A DNA stretch of 64,000 bases from Owenia fusiformis (lineage: Eukaryota): NCBI GenBank assembly GCA_903813345.2, contig CAIIXF020000001.1, forward strand, positions 48,732,001 through 48,796,000, read 5' to 3'. Positions within the stretch are counted from its first letter, which is position 1, and every line of letters begins with the position of its first letter. This document shows positions 54,871-64,000 of this stretch, piece by piece. Position numbers and translations under genes: made by a program. The notes under the pieces were generated by a model. That model saw nothing but the letters and a program-made list of their open reading frames with translations. It was not told the DNA's origin and did not search any database.

Positions 54871-56542
54871 GGTTGTCATAGGATTTTGATTGCTTTATAC
54901 AACATTACAGATATATGTATAATCAGTAGGAAAAATATTTCATGAATTTAAAATAGTTTACACTGTATAAAGTATTGACATTTTGATAATATAATAGGTT
55001 TGTACATAAAGTAGATGGTGTCTGTCGAATTTTGTTGTTTCGTTGAACTGTTCAATTTGGCAAAATATACGCTTATGATTTTGTCTTCATATATTGAATT
55101 AATAATACTAACACCGTCCAATGTTTTAAGGAAATTTTATCCATATTTCACTTTTAAAGATTTTCAATGAACTGGGTCAATCAATTGGGTAATTTCCCAT
55201 TGAACATTTTAGCAGCCGTGAAATCCCTTGGGTTATGATTTTAAGCTTTCTGATATCTGCTTCAATGTCCATTTCATCGGCAAGGGACTGAACTAGTAAT
55301 TTCCAATAATTTTATACTTTTTACTCTCTTCCCCATTTCATTTTCTGCTTTATTTAGCAATGGATATTACTTGCCCTGAAGTGGAGATTCGAGGAAATTG
55401 AGAAAAAATTTCTTTTGGATTTCCCCTAAATTCTGTTCCTTTGTCATATATGTAGCTTAAAAATTCAGCTGTATTTTTCTTGTATTTCTTATTCAGTATA
55501 ATGTATTCAGCATAAAAAGTAGGGATTCATGCAATGATTAATCTTGTAATGGAAGGTTCAACAGTGATTTACCTCGAGAGACTTTATTTATCATTTTAAA
55601 AGTTATAGTGACACAAAGAACCAATATATTTACTCTCCAAAAGTTTTAACAATTTATGAAATTGGAGAGAATTATCCGATATAAAGGTTCCCGTTCATGT
55701 CATATTATAATTTTTTAGTTCACGCTTCATACCGAATGATACATTGAGAAGTCACTGCACTGAATCGCTAGGACAATGTAAGATATTTTGCATTTTTAAT
55801 CTGAAGCTGCTTTTAACTCTGTTAGGCCATATCTAAGGTAGGGACCATGATTGCATAATCAGCTATATGTTTTTCGAGAAATTATGCAATGTTTTTGAAC
55901 AGTTTAAAGTAAACTGGCCATTCAATTTCATGTAAAAATTTATGTGTTCTTGTGTATGATGATTTGTTTGTACAGTTTAAAGTACATGTATAAGTAATTC
56001 TTACGTTCTTTAAATAAATATACATCTCTGGTTTTTGTTAGGAATTCTATAGGCTAATTCAGCATGCTACTATTTATCAAACCTTTAATTTATGAAAACA
56101 TATTTATTGTTGGTCATTAATCTTCCGCTGAAAAATGTCTTGTACAGTATATAAAGGAGAACTTACAGTCTGTGGGAAATTATGAGTGGAATCATTTGTT
56201 TTTGTTCTTGGCAACATTTTATGATGTAAAACTAATGTTGTATTCTCCTATATAAATAAACTACATTTATACGAAGAGATTGTTATGTTCAATGTACGTC
56301 ATTAGACTCAACAAATTGTTGGATATTACAAATATTACGATTAAGTGGCAGATTTATCAGGCTTTTGTATACTCATTGATATAATTTCAGTATTACACTG
56401 AGCACTGTCTTATGAGTGGCCATTGAGATTTATTAAACAATCACTGTATATCACACATTTTATTACAAAATTGAAGGTCATATCAAACTAAGGCCCTTAT
56501 AAATCGGTTGTCTTTTTGGTCTCATCATTGCAGTTTTGCAAT

Positions 56543-56774
56543 AGACCTTTCCAATAAATCCTGCCACCTTTTGGTATATCGAGGAAGCTGTGATTGGCTA
56601 TTGATGATGTCATTGGTTTTACATGTACTTATTCAGGATTAGCAATTAGTTAATATTATTAAGTCTATTTTTGCTTTGACAGATTGCTACCTCCAACCTG
56701 AGACATCATCAATCTAGCTTATATATCATCGCTTTCTTGATCTTCCAAAAAGTGGCAGGGTTTATTGGAGGTCT
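56543..56774. mobile_element. MITE with AT flanks (ISL2EU/Harbinger-like)
   Basis: AT-AGACCTTTCCAATAAATCCTGCCACCTTTTGG / CCAAAAAGTGGCAGGGTTTATTGGAGGTCT-AT. Confidence 0.75.
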
Positions 56775-57879
56775 ATTTCGATGCAAAATAAAGTCTAGTA
56801 ACCAGGTCCTTTCAAAAAATTCAAAAATAAGTCAAGCTTAACAGGCGATTAACTTGTGGGATCCTAATGCAAATAATTTGGAACAACAATCTTCAATTGG
56901 AACAACTTTACCCTTCTAAATTATATCATATTTCATACCTCTACATCACCAATGGTCCTCTCTTATCAAATTATGGGAACAATTTAAATGCACTAGGGGT
57001 GTGTATGCAAACTTTCCAGGGACAGGATAAAAGTTGATCGAACAATTTTACTATCAGAAATATCTCGACACAAATAAAAAAAATATTCAACCCTCCAGAA
57101 GCAGTTGGTCAGGAGAAACCTATCTGTAAGGAAATCTGGTCAAATATCCTTAAATAAAATCAGCGAGGTGGTACAATGGTCCACAAAGTTTATGAGACTT
57201 GTACTTATGACTAAATCTAGTATCTGGCTCATCATCCTGTCATCAACTGAACATTTTCCTCACTATTTTTTGAAAACTAGTTCTATTTTTGCTGATGTTG
57301 TTAAATCAGTTCTTTGAATCTTCAAAATGTGTCTAAGTACACATGTATATTCCCATTATTCTAGTTTCAACAGAAATGAGAAATATACAAATATGTACTC
57401 ATCAAGGGCATTAAGGGCAACAAAGGTTGGTTTCCAATTTGAAGGATCAAATCAGACCTAAATTGTTTAAATATTGGGGTATTCTTCTGTCTGTATGCAT
57501 TTAAAGATAAATTAATGCCAATTTACACATTTTACCTGAGGGAACATTTCTTAATTTCTCTTCCAAACTGTTTTAAAGGTGATTTGAACTTAAAGTTGAA
57601 TGACAGTCATTTCTATTAAAGGCTGCTTAGAAGGACTAATAAGCAAGTAAACCTGTATATGAATGATAATATAGCATATAACAAAAATGTACACTAAACT
57701 AGCTAATGCATCATCTATCCTCTTGAAGTGATTCCTTTGTGGCTTCAATAATAGAGTACCATGTAGGAAGATACTCATTCATTGTATATTAACAGCTGTC
57801 AACTGTCATATCAGTTGTTCTGTGTCATGTCATATCGTAAGAGTTGTTATAACATACCTATGATGATGTATAGTGCAAA

Positions 57880-58222
57880 GTGTACACAAGACAGCGGGCC
57901 AATATAAGTTTTGAAAAGCCCGCGCCCGCTAACTTTCTGATTGGTCAAGGCACTGACGTCATAACCAATCAATCGAAGATAAAACTGCGCGAGCAATTTT
58001 TCTAAACTCATTTCAATCATTTTCAAACCATTTGTTTGTCAATTCTATAAGAAAATGGTGCTCTCTGACCAGTCTACATCATCATAGATATGTTATAAAT
58101 CGTTTATGTCACTATCGTGGCACATATGCCCTCGGTTCTCAGAGATCAATGTCCCTCCCAAGGTCGGGCCATATATCACTGAGACCTCGGGCATATATGC
58201 CACGATAGTGACATAACCTCTA
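57880..58222. repeat. Element ending in ~120-bp hairpin
   Basis: TTATGTCACTATCGTGGCACATATGCCC / GGGCATATATGCCACGATAGTGACATAA at ~58103-58216, preceded by a GC-richer CCAAT/TGACGTCA segment; left boundary approximate. Confidence 0.6.
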
Positions 58223-59077
58223 ATTATTGTTTCTCTTGTCATATATTGCATTTCTATGAGCTGATGATGTAAGGGTTGTGTAATTATAAAAGCGATGGGA
58301 TGGATTTGTTTGGCTTCAGCAACAGAGAAGTTCATTATGGAATTCATGTGATATAACAGCTATGTTTTTGCTTTTAGTAATTTGTTATTCAATTCAGTTA
58401 GACATAATATATGTGGTCTGTCCCTCTGGTGCCATTCTTTCCTAACAGTGTATAGTTATGAGTCTGCAAGTTATTTGTCTATTTTGCTATAAATACATGA
58501 CAAAGACAAACAACTGTGGATTTACAGACCACTAAGTTTACAATGTCAAGATTTAAACATAAATTTTGGAGATATTGTTAAATAACTAATACATCTTATT
58601 CATGATGCTTTTGTGAATATGGTTCAAGATGATGGAACAATTAAATTATTGTTTGTGGGGAAAATAATATGCAAGTGAGATGATAATACTGATTAAAGAT
58701 GGCAGAATAGACAATCTGAACAAAAATCACATTTTGATAAATATTAACAATGTATATGTATTTTTCTAGTCTTTGAGTACACACCCATTAAATTCAAGCT
58801 ATAGAATATCTGATTTTAAGTGTCATGATAAAACTATTGAGAGCTACAGTCTGTACAATTCTAAATTTCTTTTTGGTACATATAATACATGTACTTTACA
58901 ATTAGCAATTTTGAAATCTAATGAAAAGATGGCAGCACCAATCAACAGTTCAGTTTTCAAAACAACACTGATTGATTGGGTGACAAAATGTCTCAAATAT
59001 GTATGTAAAGAGCAAATGCATACACCACACTGCAGTCCATGACAATAATAATTAAATTAACCTAAATTATCTTGTAG

Positions 59078-61380
59078 TTAAGTTTTCGCAGCAGTGATCT
59101 TAGGAGCTGTGTGTGGTGCATACTGGCTGAAGTTCCAGGAGTCTGGGGGTGGGGCTGGCTTATAGGGAAGTCCTTTCTCCTTCCTCACAGCTTGCATAAT
59201 CCAGTGACGTTCTTGCTGCAAAGGGAATCAGATGTTAACTGATGAAGTAGTACAGCCTTTATAGAACACAATTAATAAGACTCAGATTTAATTAGCAATG
59301 AGAAAGTATTGGATCTGTCTGTTAACAAAATGCCCGTTGTTCTGAGGATTTAGCCTCAATTTTTGAGCTTGCCTCATGTTGAATTCTATTGAATTTTTCC
59401 GGTTAGAGAATGTGCTACCAACATTTCACCTGTGGAATACATGTAACTTAAATGCTGTCATAATAAATAATTGCAATCTGTTAGTCAATTTTAGATGCAA
59501 GTTGAACTAAAATTTTATCCACGTCATTTCTAAACTGCAATCATCCCCCTCTTGTTACCTTGCTATATAAAGATGGTAGCATTGTCCAGTCTCATATCCA
59601 TGTATAATTCATTAATTAAACCCCTTGTTTTTCTTAAATTGGATTGATACTTTAAGAATAATGTTTGAAACTTTTCCATTGTTTTGTACATTTACGGTTA
59701 CCTATATGCAATGACATGAAGTACTTTCGATTCTTTAATGAAGTTCAATTGTTGCATTTAAAAACTTACATTTAGCTTGGATGACACATGACATATTCTT
59801 TATATAAAGATTCAATTGTTTAAATATTGTGCTTTGAGTATTTACTATGGTAACCATGCAAAATATCCATACTTGTTTCATTTTAGTGGCACATTCATAG
59901 AAATCCTGATATTCCCTCATACATTCTTTCTGGGCACGTTGTACTCCAATTGTGGCAGCGCATCTAAAACAAAATATTTTTCATTAATAGCTTGGGCCCA
60001 TTGCAGGTTCCTAGCCAGGGGGTTCGGGGGTTTGAGAGAACTACATCCCTCCCCCCTTGGCAAAAGCTGGCTATGAGTCTGCATTGGTAAACCAAACATC
60101 CCAGTCAAAAATGACAACTTGTAGGAAAAAGAAGCATATTCTTGTTTTATTCAGATTCATTTCACCCTATGCAGACAGAGCCTGTGGGAAATATTGGGTG
60201 CGGCGCAAATGAGCGGAGGGTGCGGAGCTAACGGTCATTTTTGAATTTAAAATTGGGATATTTCTGAAACTAAGCCGTTTTGGGACTTCAAATATACCAA
60301 GATATGTGTATTTGACACCAAATATCAATAAAATTGTGAAAATAGTAACTGCAATTCATTTTATAGCGACGCAGTATGCCTTAAACATTTCCCAGACTTA
60401 TATATTTTGAGACTATCCTTTTAATACTGCGTCCCCAGCATTCATAAAAAATGGTGTTCAAGATACACTACCCATGCAAATTATTTTTGCATCTTGGAAG
60501 CCAGGCAGTATCTGTGTGATTTTATAAAAATTCGAAAATGTTCTTCAGATATGAGCCCCTCTAAATATTGGGTGCGGAGCTACGTTTATGGAGCTGCTCC
60601 GCACCCAATATTTAGAGGGGCTCATATCTGAAGAACATTTCCGAATTTTTATAAAATCACACAGATACTGCCTGGCTTCCAAGATGCAAAAATAATTTGT
60701 ATAGATAGTGCACCTTGAACACCATTTTTTATGAATGCTGGGGACTCAGTATTAAAAGGATAATTTCAAAATATATAGGTCTGGGAAAGGTTTAAGGCAC
60801 ACTGCGTCGCTATAGAATGAATTGCGCTACTATTTTCACAATTGTATTGATATTTGGTGTCAAATACACATATCTTGGTATATTTGAAGTCCCAAAACGG
60901 CTTAGTTTCAGAAATATCCCAAATTTAAATTCAAAAACAACCGTTAGCTCCGCACCCTCCGCTCATTTGCTCCGCACCCAATATTTCCCACAGGCTCTGT
61001 CTGCATAGGGTGCATTTACCCTCAGATATATTTTAGGGAAGAAAAAGAATACAGAACATGTTTTTTCCACAATGGAGCTTTTTTACAACATATGTCTATG
61101 GTTCAAGCCATTCATCACTTTTTGATATAAATTCGTATTTTTGCCAATTTCTACTCGAGCTTTTACATGTATGTTGATCAAATTATGATGTTTATTCTAT
61201 TGTCTAGAGTAATCAGGTAATGTATGAATGTGCTAGGAAAAAAAATCATTTCAAATAACCATATATGGTAATTTACCTATTAAAGTCCTTCTCTAAGAAT
61301 GCACATTCACTATGTTGGTGGCTGAGCCAATGTTCTGTAATACGAGTGAATGGTGTATCAAATATGGGTGGGACCGACAT
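59078..61380 (-). CDS. NDUFS5: NADH:ubiquinone oxidoreductase iron-sulfur protein 5 (complex I 15 kDa subunit), 110 aa; complement(join 59078-59215, 59873-59963, 61277-61380)
   Basis: Spliced translation MSVPPIFDTPFTRITEHWLSHQHSECAFLEKDFNRCAATIGVQRAQKECMREYQDFYECATKMKQQERHWIMQAVRKEKGLPYKPAPPPDSWNFSQYAPHTAPKITAAKT*; twin CX9C, IG..RA.KEC..EY.DF.EC pattern and Pro-rich tail as in NDUFS5; GT-AG introns, phases 2 and 0; an acceptor 7 nt upstream of the ATG implies a 5' UTR exon. Confidence 0.92.
60163..61012. mobile_element. 850-bp foldback MITE, CAC...GTG termini, 5-bp TSD (Transib-like)
   Basis: CACCCTATGCAGACAGAGCCTGTGGGAAATATTGGGTGCGG / reverse complement at the right end; arms ~418 bp with ~15-nt centre; TSD CATTT at 60158-60162 and 61013-61017. 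Confidence 0.9.
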
Positions 61381-62705
61381 CTTTTTCCTGGAAATCAAAG
61401 CACAATGGTGTTACTTGATTTGAAATTTGTTTCACAGTTTATTTCTCTTTGATATTCTGCTTATGCTTCATGGTAGACAAAACTAAGCTGATAGGGTTCA
61501 TTTCTGAATGTTTATCGATTTAATCGCCAACAATTTCTTTTTTGCAATTGCATGTTGGCCAAATTGCTTTGGAGTTGGATCTTCTAGGCTCAAAGAATAA
61601 ACCGGAAAATATGACACCAAATTGGATAATTTCAAAAAAAGTGACCACTCTTCAAAATGTTCCTTAAACAAAGTGGTACCTGCTTCCCCATGACAGATCT
61701 TGCACTTAATTTATAGCTGAGATCATTTATCTTTCTATTTCCACTTGTTTGGTTTGTGTAAATAAGCTATGGACGCAGTAATTTAACTTTGAATACGGCA
61801 AAAAAATTTCAGTTGTTCCGGGCTCTTGTGTGTCCAAATATCATTGCTGACATCACATTTCTGGAATCAAGGGAGCACCATTCAGATTTGGACAGACAAG
61901 AGCCCGCAGATAAAATATCACTATTTTGACCTCTTATCAACGCAGAATTGCTTGAATACCGTTCAGTAGTGATCAAAAAGGTAAAGAATAACAAGACGCT
62001 TCAAATGAGGTAGGGGAAATGGTCCTATCATCGCACGGGTACTCTGGAAGGCTACTGACAGTTTCAAAAATGATAACTTCTTCTATAATTTAAATTGTGT
62101 TTGAAATTTCTCAATCTCTGAAAGCTAACACTTTAAGACCCCTTAGACTCGCATGTGTGGTGGTCCTAATTATCGCACAGTCATCCTAATTATCGCACGC
62201 TTGTGTTTTGAGTGTTATTTCATGATACTGGATACATTTCACTGTTAATAATAGGTGTATACATATGCTATAATCATTTTTCTATCAGTTTTCGTGTAAA
62301 CAACTATCAACAAAATCTACATAATTCACTTACTTTTCTGTCTTTATTTGGAGGGGGTCAAACTTTGTCAGATGAATTTCACTTCTTGCGCAATCGCATT
62401 TATGACAATAGCAGAAGTAAATAATTTTCAAAAATGAAGAGATATTTCTAAATATATTTATAAATCATGAAGATTGGAAGATTGGTGAACATAAATAATT
62501 ACTAACACTAGGAAAAAGACATTCTATCACATGTCATAAATTCTTACCTCAGTGAATTGAGTGCTCTATTTTCTCCATCCCAAAACGTACAAATATAGAG
62601 GAATTTGTGTCCATAATGAAAAATAGGAACTTAAAAATTTGAAGCAATATTCACATGTGAATGCCGACTCTTCAAATGTTGAGGTGATTTTGGTGCCCGA
62701 TTACA

Positions 62706-62851
62706 CCAAGGAGGATTGGCTCCCAGAATGCAACATGACACGTGCAAGCTTTCAAAATGCTGTTCCGCCATTTTGAAACCTGTCACGAGTAAATAAGGTT
62801 AACTGATGTTGCATTCTGGGAGTCAATCCACCTTGGATCACAAACATGGCG
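62706..62851. promoter_or_regulatory. Candidate bidirectional promoter: inverted Staf/ZNF143-like sites plus YY1-like motifs
   Basis: TCCCAGAATGCA at 62721-62732 and its reverse complement at 62810-62821 within a 31-bp inverted repeat; CCGCCATTTT at 62765-62774; AAACATGGCG at 62842-62851; lies ~1.3 kb upstream of the NDUFS5 ATG with a minus-strand donor (GAG|GTAAGA) at 62548. Confidence 0.45.
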
Positions 62852-62855
62852 ATCC

Positions 62856-62913
62856 ATGAAAACATTCGTTCGATTTGGTAAGAATTTGGTAAGAATTTAT
62901 CCATCATTTGCAG
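62856..62913 (+). CDS. Possible first coding exon of a divergent gene (mitochondrial-presequence-like)
   Basis: MKTFVRFGKNLVRIYPSFA followed by CAG|GTATGA; basic/hydrophobic with no acidic residues. Alternative ATG at 62846 with donor at 62877/62878. No downstream exon identified. Confidence 0.3.
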
Positions 62914-63651
62914 GTATGAAGATTTGGATTCATTTATTGTGCTACTTAAAGTGAACGGGAATTATATTTCTCTACCGCTTGGGAGAGTTTGAGACATGAA
63001 ACTTAGAATTTAGCTCATTGTGACAACTTTTGATGGTTGAGGTTTATCAATGTCTCCCACTGTAATGGTGTTGAGCTGGTACCACTGGTTTAAAAGATGT
63101 ATAGTGCATTTTTAGCTACTTAGGGCAATTGTGCGATTATTAGGACTCACCCTAAATAAGACACTCTTTGTTGTTTTGAATTTCCCTTTAAATTGCCCAG
63201 TATTCTTATTTTTATTGATGTAAACATAATAAACTCACCTTCATTGATCATTACACGCAGTCCTAGTTCATACATTCGTCTACTTCGCAGGATATTTATT
63301 CACAAAAGAGTTAAAAATAAAACTGAAAGAAATATTTTACAACAAGCTTCCATCTTGACTAAATTAGATCTAGGACCGTTTTCCCTATGATTTGTCTAAT
63401 AATTTTCTAAATTGGCTGCACAATCGTCATTTTGAAGTATGCAATTTTGTAAGTTGACATATCTTCTGGATTATTCTTTGAGCTTCTGATCCTACTACAA
63501 AAGAATCTGGACGGGTTTTATGGTATAGTCTAGATTCTAGAAGGGGCTAGCAAAGGAAGGCTAGAAAAAATGAGCCTAGAGTCCATTTCACTGCTTCATT
63601 CGTCAGTAGAACGGCAAAAATAAGAAATTGGGAGACCATTGTGCAATAATA

Positions 63652-64000
63652 CTGTAGATTAGGTTAATTTGGCGCCCGCTTTAATTTGGCGAATTTGGCG
63701 AAATTGAAAAAGTCGCCAATATAAATCTTCGCCAAAATTTAGAATGAATCCCCGGGAATTATCCAGGGTATTTCGTCCAGTGTATTTAGGTCACTTCCGG
63801 TTTAGTTTTTTCCAAAAATATGAAAAATATCTCATAAATTGGCTCAGAACTGGTCAGTCACCCATTAATACTCGGGGGAAAAACTAAAAAGGAAAAGCGC
63901 GGTATAGTAGCAGCATCGATCGAGGTGCAAAATGTAAAGGATGATCTCACAAAAATGTACAAACATGGTGAATATCGCCAGTGGTCCTCAAAAGAAAAAA
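63652..64000. mobile_element. Left end of a probable TA-targeting MITE, possibly truncated by the window
   Basis: TA-CTGTAG start followed by AATTTGGCG subrepeats and their complements (CGCCAA); second TIR not seen. Confidence 0.45.

Noticed and set aside
53532..55008. Three Pumilio-type TGTAHATA motifs in presumed syndecan 3' UTR (53532, 53745, 55001)
   Set aside because: Not clearly above expectation in such AT-rich sequence; UTR extent unproven.
1..64000. Remaining short (60-115 aa) ORFs in the track, and tRNA/rRNA genes
   Set aside because: ORFs have AT-rich noncoding composition, many with non-ATG starts, and lie in introns or repeats; no tRNA or rRNA sequence was recognised by eye.

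Overview
AT-rich animal (probably marine invertebrate) genomic DNA with three spliced genes that I could assemble by hand from GT-AG exons with consistent phases. (1) A + strand claudin/PMP22-superfamily four-pass membrane protein (13788-20367, 4 exons, 516 aa) with an unusually long (~330 aa) disordered, basic/Ser-rich N-terminal tail. (2) A + strand syndecan (27926-52943, 10 exons, ~356 aa) whose ectodomain contains a complete thyroglobulin type-1 domain on its own phase 1-1 exon, two tandemly duplicated acidic mini-exons, and a TGCATG (RBFOX-type) motif just upstream of five consecutive ectodomain exons. (3) A - strand NDUFS5 (61380-59078, 3 coding exons, twin CX9C), convergent with syndecan, with a possible bidirectional promoter near 62.7-62.9 kb. 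The rest is intronic/intergenic DNA rich in non-autonomous DNA transposons (Tc1/mariner MITEs, 9-bp-TSD and 5-bp-TSD elements, Helentron/HINE-like and Helitron-like elements, hairpin elements) and minisatellites. The best candidate for something undescribed is the modular, probably alternatively spliced, thyroglobulin-domain syndecan. Exon models are inferred from sequence only; no transcript evidence or database searches were available.
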